Shown here: piece after piece, positions 52,480 to 64,000 of the stretch
Layout: each line of letters begins with the position of its first letter
Position numbering within the stretch: the stretch's first letter is position 1
DNA from: Octopus vulgaris
Lineage: Eukaryota
NCBI GenBank assembly: GCA_951406725.2
Contig: OX597839.1
Span: 18,910,001-18,974,000, forward strand
Length of the DNA: 64,000 bases
Reading direction: 5' to 3'
Notes under the pieces: generated by a model
Seen by the model: the letters and a program-made list of their open reading frames with translations, nothing else
What the model was told of the DNA's origin: nothing
The model's database searches: none
Translations under genes and position numbers: made by a program

Positions 52480-53287
52480 GTGTGTGTGTGTGTGCGTGTG
52501 TGTAAGTGATTTTCTTTTGAGATGCATGTGTGTATATATATATATGTACAGGTGTAATTTTATGCGAAAAGCTTGCGTATGTATATATGGCTGTGTGTGT
52601 GTACATACTTTCCTCCTGTTCCCATTTTTCACTTTCACACATTCATGTCCACCATTACCATTCTTCAATTAAAAGGGAAATTGCTGGTCCTAAAAGCTAA
52701 GTTTTGTTCGTATTTTGTTTTTAGCTTGATGCATGTGTGCATGTGTGTGTATGTGTTCGTGTATGTGTGTTTGTGTCTGTGTGCGCAGTGTGTGTGTGTG
52801 TGTGTGCTGTATTTGTGTTTTCACCTATTTACCATTGTTAATTTTGTCCATTTGTGAAAATATACGCCCCTTATATATTATGTATATATACATGTACATA
52901 CATACATATGTGGGTGTACACATACATGTATATACACGTGTGTATCTGTACACACACAGTCATATATAGATTGATAGATAGATATATACATACATGCATT
53001 TATACATATGTGTGGGTGTGGATATGTGGATATATTAGTGTGTGAATAGAAAGACGAGTGAGGCAAAAAACATTTTGATTATACAAAAGTATTTACCATT
53101 TAAATTAGAGACATGTGTGCCAGTACATGTGTTTATATATATACCACCATATATGTGTGTATTTATATACGTATATATAAACATATATATACACATATAT
53201 ATAGACAAATATATTTGTGCATCTATACATATATGTACTCGTATTATGAACATATATATGCACTCACAGTATGTATACGTATGCTTC

Positions 53288-53321
<34 letters not shown>

Positions 53322-53570
53322 ATATATATATATATATATACGCGTATGTACATATATATATATATATATATAATGTATGTATATCCATGAGTACATGCAT
53401 ATAATCATATGTGTTAAAAGTAACTATTTGAATACACAAGTAGCAAACTCTATTCGACGTGCACACACACACACACGCACACACACACATGCACACACAC
53501 ACACGCACACACACACATACTCACACACGCATATAATGAGACACACACACACAAATATATACACATGCAT
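51950..53570. repeat. (TA)n/(TACA)n/(TG)n low-complexity region
   Basis: Direct inspection. Confidence 0.9.
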
Positions 53571-54676
53571 GACCATACATATTATCAGTCTCAGCCCATA
53601 TTACTAAGAGCAATGCAATTGTCTCCTAAAACAACAAAGGCAACAACAAGAGCAATAACAACAACAACAGCATATGAAAAAAAACCTCCAATGCAATATA
53701 AAAACCGATACAAAAAAAACCTCCACTATTCTACCGATAAAATATCAATAAAATACCAGCAAAACACGAAACATAAATAGAAGCAACAACAAAATAATCC
53801 CAAGCTGCTACGTAAATAACCTAATGGTCTCCACAAATAGATGTGCGTGCGCACGTATGCATTTCCGCTTCCGTTACAATATTTTTTGCTCCATATTTTT
53901 TTCTCCTTTTAGAAGTTTATTAATTATAGTCTTTCTCGAAACGTGTATGTGTTTTTCTTTTTTATATTATTATTTTCCATATGTGTATTTATTGATACGT
54001 TTGCGTGAGTATATGTATGAAAGCATGCGTGTGCTTCTATGGCTGATAGTTTGAATGAGTGATTAAGTGGAGTGTGTGCTTCTGTGTATGTGTGTATATG
54101 GGTTGACTTGGGGTGAGAGGTTGTAGAATATGAATTTTGTTGATGTTGTTGTTGTTGTTGTTATGGTTAGTTTTAATTTTTGTTGTTGCATGCAGTACAC
54201 ACTGCTGCTTAATAATGGTACTCTGGCAAATGATCGTTGGACCCGTGTCTATATGAGTGTTTGCCTGTGTGTATGTGTACCTCTGAAATCAATTCTACAC
54301 TCACACACGCACACACCCACATACACACACACATATAATATATATAAACATATATAAATTTGCACTGCTTTTTATGCAGTCATACACACACAGATATATG
54401 CACATATATTTATACACATATTTTACATATATACGTTTATATTTAGTATGCATATATGTATCATAATATATATATATATTATATATATATATTTGTCATG
54501 TATATATATGTATGTATGTATGTATGTATATATATGTCATATTATGTCATATTAATGCATATATGCCACATGTGTGTGTTTGTGTCTATACATCGCAATA
54601 CGTGTCTGTATGTTTGCGTTAGGAAGTGTTTGCTGATTTTTGTATTCTTTGCGTAATTATTTCGTTCAACACACGT

Positions 54677-54707
<31 letters not shown>

Positions 54708-54831
54708 CACCACATTCATAGCAAACAAAACTTTAATGTAACCATTGCTCTTCAAGTCAGCTTAAAACTTGCAAATGATTGCAATGTCTACATAATAGCT
54801 AAAACTCAATGTATTTAAGTATATATGAATT

Positions 54832-54904
<73 letters not shown>

Positions 54905-55284
54905 GTTTGTTAGTTTGTACATATTTATAGTTAGACATATATATATATATATATATATACAATACATATATATATATATATTCTTTAGCATTTGTTCGTA
55001 TATACATGCGTGTGTCACAGTGTTTGTGTCAATGTGTGTGTGTGTGTTTGTGTGCACAAGCCAATCCGTACGTGACAGCAAGTAAAATAAGGGTTAAAAG
55101 GCTCATTAAGTAAATAACAAATAAAAAAAAAAAATACATAAACACACATTAAACCCAACATAAATGTTAAATGTTACAATAAAATTAGCAACAGGAATAT
55201 AAAGCAAATAAAACAAACAAAAGCGGAAAGAAAAAAAACAACAAAAAAAGCTAACAGGAAGACACATAGAAAAATAAACAACAC

Positions 55285-55329
<45 letters not shown>

Positions 55330-56120
55330 AGAAAAATGTAAATAGAAAATTTCACCTAAGAATGTGCAATAAATATTTACATGGATCTATACGTCTAAAA
55401 GAAGAACTAGCTAAATATCCATAAAATTAATTTTGTTTAAATCTTTTTCTTTATGTATTTGCCAGAAAAATTCGGTTCGCGTCAAGGATGCATTTTATAG
55501 GCGTTCAGGTCCGTTTGGAAGGAAGATGGGTTGTTTAATTAAGGGCAGAGAGCGCGCCCCCTAACACTTTGCAATAAAATGCAGGTTGTTAAAGACAGGG
55601 AAGAGCTCAGTGCTGTTGCTGAGTTGGGAGTCAAAATTGAGTCTGAGTCTGAGTCTACGCTGTCTTAAATGTAATGTGGGGAGGACTCATACTGTGATGT
55701 TGTCCGAGATGCGATATACTTACTTAATGCAATACAATTCTCAGAGATGATGATGATGATAAAAATGACTTTAAATTTTTGCCACAAGGGCAGATTGGGG
55801 GAGGAGATAAATCGATTAGATCGACCTCAGTGCGTAACTGGTACTTATTTAATCAGGTGTCTTGGGGAAATTTGTAAATATTAAAATTTTTTTTTATTTT
55901 TCCAGTTTCAGCTAATGAGCTGTGGCCATGCTGGGGCACCGCCATTTTGTAAATAATGTAAATAATGTAAATAAAGCCTACGGGCATATGGCGTAGTGGT
56001 TAAGAGAGCGAGCTACTAACCCCAAGATTCCGAGTTCGATTCCAGGCAATCACCTTAATAAGGATAATAACATCAAAAAATTACCTTAGGAATGAGAACC
56101 CAGGTTCAAAATTTCCCCAA

Positions 56121-56166
56121 GACACCTGATGAAGGCTGGAGGGTATATCAGCCGAAACGTTGTGTT
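56121..56166 (+). ncRNA. Minimal type I hammerhead ribozyme, copy 1
   Basis: gacac-CTGATGA-a-ggctg-gagggtatat-cagcc-GAAA-CGTT-gtgtt; predicted cut after 56161. Confidence 0.75.
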
Positions 56167-56371
56167 AACAACAATCAAGATGAGGACAAATATCCATCGA
56201 ATGTAAATAATGTAAATAAAGCCTACGGGCATATGGCGTAGTGGTTAAGAGCGCGAGCTACTAACCCCAAGATTCCAAGTTCGATTCCAGGCAGTGCCCT
56301 TAATAACGATAATAATAACAACATCAAAAATATACCTTAGGAATGAGAACCCAGGTTCAAAATTTCTCCAA

Positions 56372-56417
56372 GACACCTGATGAAGGCTGGAGGGTATATC
56401 AGCCGAAACGTTGTGTT
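56372..56417 (+). ncRNA. Minimal type I hammerhead ribozyme, copy 2
   Basis: Identical motif to copy 1; predicted cut after 56412. Confidence 0.75.
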
Positions 56418-56984
56418 AACAACAATCAAGATGAGGACAAATATCTGTCAAATAAATAATTAAATAATGTACATAATTCCCCATCTCTTAAATATAGAAC
56501 TGTATCAAGATGTTAACATTTATAGTAGGGGCCTCAGAGTTCCTTGGATATATTTTAAAATCTCAATGAAATCACTGATATAGGCTGATACGTGACGGCG
56601 AGAGTTTCATCGCAGGCGTTAGTGTCAGAACAGAAAGGGCTAGAGAAATTATCACTAGCCATATGTCTAGACCCCGAAAAAGGTCCAGTCCATTTTACTC
56701 GCCTGAATTCTTATCTTTCATTTATTACTTGTATTCAGTTGTTGAATTGTGACCAGGCTGGGGCGCCACCGTCTTGAAAGGTTTTATCTTAAATAAATCG
56801 ATCCCAGTACTACGTACTTTTGAGAAGTCTGGCATTATTCCACCTTTCTTGCCAAATTGTTATGTTAAGCAGACATAAACAAGAGGAAACAGATCGCCAA
56901 GCAACGAATCAGGGACATCTACAAAGACACAGCCACCCGACCCCACACAATGACAGATATATGTATGTATATGTATATATGTGC

Positions 56985-57575
56985 AGGCTTAGTGGTTAGG
57001 TTGTCAGCACCATGATCGTAAGATTGTGGTTTCAATTCCTGGATCGGCGACACGTTCTGTTCTTGAGCAAAACACTTCATTTCATGTTGCTCCAGTTCAC
57101 TCGGCTAATGGATAGGATGTTGCACTCATGACTTCTAGATTGTGGTTTCGATTCCTGGACCGGGCGACGCGTTGTGTTCTTGAGCAAAACACTTCATTTC
57201 ACGTTGCTCCAGTTCACTCAACTGGCAAAAATGAGTAAGGCTGCGATGGACTAGCGTCCCGTCCAGCTGGGGAACACATACGCCATAGAAACCGGGAAAC
57301 CGGACCCATGAGCCTGGCTAGGCTTTAAAAGGACGCATTTATATTATTATTATTATCAATTTCCGTGTGGAGGCGCGTGGCTTAGTGGTTAGGCTGTCAG
57401 CACCATGATCGTAAGATTGTGGTTTCGATTCCTGGACCGGGCGAAGCGTTGTGTTCTTGAGCAAAACACTTCATTTCACGTTGCTCCAGTCATCTCGGCT
57501 GGCAAAAATGGGTAAGGCTGCGATGGACTGGCGTCCCTTGAAGCTGGGACTAGGCTTTAAAAGGGTGCATTTATT
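56985..57575 (+). mobile_element. Cluster of three SINE family C copies (56985-57110, 57110-57340, 57368-57575)
   Basis: Repeated gattgtggtttc(g/a)attcctgga..gttcttgagcaaaacacttcatttca. Confidence 0.9.
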
Positions 57576-57600
57576 TCTTATTTATATGTATATATACGTG

Positions 57601-57654
<54 letters not shown>

Positions 57655-58353
57655 ACAGGCTTCTCCATAGTAGACGGCAAAGGTGCCACACAAGGGACAG
57701 AACTCAAAACCACGTGTTAGGAAACTGAGATTGTTTTCCGCAGCCAAGACATGCCCCAAAGCACCAAACATTTACAAAGAGCTCCAATACATGAAATAAC
57801 GTTAAAATATGTATTAAAATGGTTACCATTGTTTTCGAAATTTCAGTTAAGCAGATTTTATTAATTGTTTCGAAAGGAAAACAAGAATTAATTGAGTATT
57901 TATACAGATTTTTAGAAATATAGCGATAGATGGGGAGGAGCGGACATTTATTTAAATATCGGCGTAGATAATGTAAGAGAAGGGATAAACATACGAACAG
58001 GAATGGCCATAACATGACTCTGCTGATTCTACATTGGGATAGATGTAGGAGAGAGAGAGCGAGGGGTAGAGAGAGAGAGGAGGGCAGAAACGGAGAGAGA
58101 GAGAGAGAGAGAAGGAAAGGGTAATATATGGAGTTATGGTTTGGCATCTCTCTCTCTCTTTATATATATATACATCATATATACGTATAGGTTTATATAC
58201 GCATCATATATATATGATGTGTATATAAATGTATATATATATATATATATATATGATGTATATAAAAGATGTATATATATGTATACATATATATATATGT
58301 ATACATATATATATATGTATATGAATGTGTGTGCGTATGTATGTGTGTATATG

Positions 58354-58396
<43 letters not shown>

Positions 58397-58593
58397 GCTG
58401 ATATTTGAGCAGTAGGTGTGTAAGGGGTGTTAACTATAAATAATTATAATATTCCGGTGATTATCAAACACATTTGGGGTGAAAGGGCAAATAAGGGGAT
58501 AAAGTTTGTAATTTTGATTAAAGCGAGATTTGTAAGGAGTAAGCTGCAACAATGACTAATAATAATAACAACAATAATAATAATAATAATAAC

Positions 58594-58628
<35 letters not shown>

Positions 58629-58631
58629 TAT

Positions 58632-58662
<31 letters not shown>

Positions 58663-59483
58663 GCAAAAACATGAAAATGAATTTTTGAAATAAATAAACA
58701 AGTTGGAAATGCTATTGTTTTTTTTTTTTTTGTTTCTTTTAAGATCTTTCGATATTTAAATTAAATACAAGCGAATTAGCAGATGAAAGGTTACAGGAGA
58801 AAGAATTAATATTACCATTATAAGCAAATTAGTTGTATTATATTCTATAGAATGCTGCAAATGGCGACCATAAAATCTAATGAAGGGGAGATAAAAATAT
58901 GTTGAATAAGTAAAAATATTTATTCCCTCAAAATAGAGGTTAATTAAAATATGGGAACGAGGTGCAAGCAAGATAGGGGACACGTCTAGAAAAAGCTAAA
59001 AGTGTAGAGAATATCAAATTGAATGAATCATGGGAGCACAAATAACATTAATTTTAGATATGAAAGTAGAAGGTTAGAAGTGAAAAATTTATTAGATGAA
59101 AATATTTGAAAGAAACACAGTAAAATAATATTTGACGGTTCTTTAGAATTATTGGAAATCAGAGGAGGAAATTTACTTCACAAAGAAAAAGAAAGAATTT
59201 TAGAGGAAAAATACTAAGGGTGTTAATAAAGGATTAGATTATGCATAAGAGGATAGCTAGGAAAAAGTTATTTAAAAAGGTTTGATTTCCGGAAAGAAAA
59301 GCACGTGGTATTATGTACGTGTAATTTTGAAGGTAAGATGAGTCATTCGACTTTGAACTTGAAGGCAAATGCAATGAAAATAATCTGTCTGTCTGATTAC
59401 TTATCTAATCTATATACATACGGAAACATATGTACATACAGTATACAAGAGTACCCATACACAAACATATGTGTACATGCAAA

Positions 59484-59519
<36 letters not shown>

Positions 59520-60248
59520 GTATATGAATATACAGGTATACACAGATACACACACACATATATATATATATCTTTATTTACATACAACTGTGTGCGCATA
59601 TCGAAAGCAAATATAAACACGTAAATATACTGACCAAAAACTAACGTATATATTGGTGTATATAAATCTATATTCATACGGAAAAAAAGATAAATTGGTT
59701 GGCAATGGAGATGAATCATACACAAACACACACACACACACACACACAGATAGGTATAAAGCATATTCATTTACATCTGAACAGACATATATCAGGTATA
59801 TATACTTGTATACATATACATATATATCTACACATGTAAAGACATGTATAGATACACACACACACACACACACATATATATTAGAATATGTACACATATA
59901 ATACATGTACATACGTGCAAATAGATGTGTGTATATATATTTATTTATATATATATATATATGTGTGTCTGTGTGTGTGTGTGCGTGTGCTTGCATATAC
60001 ATATGCATATAAACATATGTATATATATTTATATCTATCTATCTATCTATATATATATATATTTATATATATATATCCATATAGATATATACATATACAT
60101 ATATATATATATATGTATGTATGTATATATATATATATATACAGATAGAGAGAGAGAGAGATGAGAGAGAGAGAAAGACAGACAGAGAGATACAGAGTTA
60201 GTAAGAGTGCTAGAGGACTGGAAATATGCATAAATACAGAGATTACAA

Positions 60249-60287
<39 letters not shown>

Positions 60288-60547
60288 TAGATCGATATAT
60301 ACGAGATGTTCAAAGCTGTAACATATTTTCCCTAAGGATAGCAAAAAAAAAAAAGAACAAAAAACAAATTAATAATAATTGCAAATAAATGTGTCTCAAT
60401 GTAAGGATTAGAGATCATCTATAATGGATATAGAATAGAAGAGTAAAGTGTATTTGATTACGCTGATGATAATCATGGTAAAAATAAGATTAAGAGAAAC
60501 AGGAAGGGCAAAGCAGGATGCACAAACCAGATGCAGAAGAAATTGTC

Positions 60548-60597
<50 letters not shown>

Positions 60598-60671
60598 GGA
60601 AAATGTTAAATAAAAGAACAATTAAATAGCAGGATATATAATTACATGAAAATTATTTAGTTAGGTTTTAA

Positions 60672-61086
60672 CTAACATGGTTCCGGATTTAGTCTTATTG
60701 CGTAGCACCTTGGGCAAGTGTCTTCAACTATAGCCTCGGGCCGACCGAAGCCTTGAGAAACTGAAAGAAGCTCGTCATGCATACATACATACATACATAC
60801 ATATATATCACCGTGACCGACCAGGCTATCAGATGTTGCTACACATCGCTGGTCACAATGCGCTTCGCATTGTTTTAGCATTCAATTGACGCCACCCCGC
60901 TGGCTAAGCGAGCAGGCCAACAGAAGAAAGAGTGGGAGAAAGTTGTGGCGAAAGAGGACAGCAGGATTCACCACCACCCCCTGCCGGAGCCACGTAGAGC
61001 TTTAGGTGTTTTCGCTCAATAAACAACGCCCGGACTGGTAATCGAAACCGCGATTTCGCTGCCCTAACCACTGGGTCAATGCGCCT

Positions 61087-61180
<94 letters not shown>

Positions 61181-61386
61181 GTGTGTGTGTTTGGTTCCCC
61201 CACCATCGCTTGACACCGGATGTTGGTGTGTTTACGTCCCCCGTAATTTAGCGATTCGGCAAAAAGAGACCGATAGAATAAGTACTAGGCGTACAAAGAA
61301 TAAGTCCTGGAGTCGATTTGTTCGACTAAAGGTGGTGCTCCAGTATGGCTGCTGTCAAATGACTGAAACAAGTAAAAGAGTAAAAG
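60672..61386 (+). mobile_element. SINE family A split by a SINE D insertion (head 60672-60777, tail 61180-61386)
   Basis: Collinear halves of family A on either side of the insertion. Confidence 0.85.
60808..61088 (-). mobile_element. SINE family D nested in SINE A
   Basis: Reverse complement of 35510-35797. Confidence 0.9.
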
Positions 61387-61663
61387 TGTTAAATGTCAAA
61401 GCGATGACGAAGGACAGTTGTGTAAATAATAATAATAATATTTATAATTTCAGAGCTTATAAGCGATCATCTTGAAGTGACTACAGAAAATAGTTTCATT
61501 TTGGGGCATATAAGCCCTCGACAGAAAAAAAGTGGATTTTCTGTACGCATGAGACTCGTACTCACATCCCTTATTTTCGCGATAAGTATGCTAACCATTA
61601 CACCAACGTACACTCTTCCCGTTAGATTTCAAACACGCACACACACACACACACAAACACACA

Positions 61664-61712
<49 letters not shown>

Positions 61713-61847
61713 GCGATATCCCATGGCCTATTGGTTAGGGTTGTGTCACTCACGAGCACAAGATAGTGGTTTCGAATCCCAGACTTGTGATTCGCTCAAG
61801 AACACAATGCACAACTAGCCTTGGATTCGAAACCAACATCTTGCGAT

Positions 61848-62160
61848 GTGAAAGCGCATAGCTCAGCGGTTAGAGCATCGGGCTCACTATCACGCGGTTG
61901 TGAGTTCAATTCCTGGACCGGGCTGTGCATTGTGTTCTTGAGCAAGACACTTTATTTCATGTTTCTCCACTTCACCCAGCGTCACTGGTGCCGAGCTGTA
62001 TCGGCCATTACCTTTTCTGTTCATAACGTCAGTGGCGTGGAGATATGCATGGGTGACTGCTGGTCTTCCATGAACAACCTTGCCTGGACTTCATTCTTGG
62101 AAGGGAACTTTCTAGGTGCAATCCCATGGTCATTCATGACTGAACGGGTTCTTTGCCTTT
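61848..62160 (+). mobile_element. SINE with family C head and C2 tail
   Basis: Homologous to 27779-28107. Confidence 0.85.
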
Positions 62161-62594
62161 TATAATTACTTCATAGAAATCATAAAGCATAAACGTAAAG
62201 TATATTGAGATTCAAATAACTATACTGCTTTGTACTATTATTGACGCTAGTGTATATAAGTAATTTATCTATTAATGAGTATAATGAAGTTAAAATATTA
62301 TATAACTCTAAAGGTGTTATGCAAGCAGGAAGGGACATACTCTTCCAGTTGATGTAAAGTAAGATCTCGGTTGACTTTAAATAACAGATATAGTTGGATA
62401 GAGATGGTGTCGTTCTTCGACTTAGGGATTCTGAATGTGCATGTTGGATGAATCTATGTAAGAAAAGGAGACAGAATTAATGTTGATAATGATGTATTCC
62501 CTTTCAAAATGGCAGTGTAATATAAGGGAGACTTGACTGCTCTTTCTCCATGATTGAGTGACGCATAGGGTCTCTCATTTTAGATCACCGTATG

Positions 62595-62666
<72 letters not shown>

Positions 62667-62757
62667 CATATACATATATATATACATATACATATATATA
62701 TACATATACATATATATATACATATACATATATATATACATATACATATATATATAC

Positions 62758-62810
<53 letters not shown>

Positions 62811-62837
62811 GATATATATACATATATATATATATTA

Positions 62838-63227
62838 TTCTTTTATTTGTTTCAGCCATTTGGCTGTGGCCATGCTGAAGCACCGCCTTTAGTCGAGTAA
62901 ATCGACCCCAGGACTTATTCTTTGTAGTCCTATTCTATCGGTCTCTTTTGCTGAACCGCTAAGTTACGGGGACGTAAATACACTAGCATCGGATGTCAAG
63001 CGATTTTGAGGGGACAGACACAGACACGCAAACACACAAATATATATATACATATACATATATCTGACGGGCTTATTTAAGTTTCCGTCTACCAAATCCA
63101 CTCACAACGCTTTGTTCGGCCCGAGGCTATAGTAGAAGACACTTGCCCAAAGTGCCAAGCAGTGGGATTGAACCCGGAACCATGTGGTTGGTAAGCAAGC
63201 TACTTACCACACAGCCACTCATGCGCC
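62838..63227 (-). mobile_element. SINE family A, full length
   Basis: Homology to 8113-8510. Confidence 0.92.
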
Positions 63228-63230
63228 CGC

Positions 63231-63274
<44 letters not shown>

Positions 63275-63567
63275 CGATGAAGTTTAGTAAAAATACTATT
63301 TTATTATCATATTATTATAATATTATATTTACATTATTTTCATAGATTTCTACATTTAGTGGGAACAAGTTCGTATTGACAAAATCAAGAATAATATTCT
63401 TCACTAGTTAATGACGAATGAAGGATAGATGGTTGGTATGTGTGTTTATATATGGAAATATGTATTTCCTGTCGACTGAAGAACAACAAGAATAAAATAA
63501 ATAAAATTATACACGCATGGCAGATCGATATTAATGTAAACAAGCATGCACGCACATATATATATGA

Positions 63568-63612
<45 letters not shown>

Positions 63613-63873
63613 CACACACACATATATATATATACATACATATATATATATATATACATGCATATATTCATACATTTATTTATTTATATATGTACGTACA
63701 CCCGTCTCTCCCTTTCCCTATATATATATATATATATAGAGAGAGAGATGGGTATAAATATATATATGCATATATATATAGAGAGAGAGATAAATGAGTA
63801 TATATATACATATATAGATGAGTATACATATACATATATATATAGATGAGTGTATATATATAGAGAGAGATGA

Positions 63874-63923
<50 letters not shown>

Positions 63924-64000
63924 ACACACACATTTCTGTACTTGTATGTTTTTTTGATATCTAGATACACACGTATACGAGTGTGTGCTTGTGTCTGTGT

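Larger units (their letters stand above)
55976..56504 (+). mobile_element. Family E: head-to-tail dimer (about 245-250 bp unit) of a tRNA-headed element with a Penelope-like hammerhead tail
   Basis: Units start at 55976 and 56221 (gcctacgggcatatggcgtagtggttaag is the A-box; agttcgattcc is the B-box), followed by an (AAT)-rich linker, the HHR and tgtaaataa repeats. Confidence 0.88.

Noticed and set aside
55982-56290. tRNA genes
   Set aside because: Anticodon and T stems pair poorly, there is no oligo-T terminator directly after the head, and it is fused to a retroelement tail; it is a SINE-type head.
58750-59330. Possible very old LINE remnant
   Set aside because: Only a vague motif resemblance with many stops; cannot be supported without a database search.

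Overview
AT-rich eukaryotic non-coding DNA (intronic or intergenic). It is saturated with (TA)n, (CA)n, (AAT)n, (GGT/GAT)n and (GA)n microsatellites and with tRNA-derived SINEs. The repeat content suggests a cephalopod genome, probably Octopus; this is inferred from the repeats, not proven. No intact host protein-coding gene is recognisable, and almost all ORF-track entries are translated simple repeats. Recognisable mobile DNA comprises: four modular SINE families (my labels A-D) with swapped tails and nested insertions; an L2/CR1-type LINE remnant whose 3' end matches the SINE-A tail; an RTE fragment; two Penelope-like GIY-YIG remnants; a mariner remnant; two non-autonomous Helitrons; several MITEs; and an (AAT)n-embedded retroelement 3' end. 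The most interesting element (family E) has a tRNA-derived Pol III-type head fused to a Penelope-like tail carrying a minimal hammerhead ribozyme. It occurs as a head-to-tail dimer at 55976-56504 and as a TSD-flanked inverted dimer at 21655-22043, making it a candidate SINE/retrozyme hybrid. A CpG-rich unique island at about 38.2-38.9 kb looks like a promoter or first exon. All alignments, identities and folds were done by eye, so coordinates are approximate.
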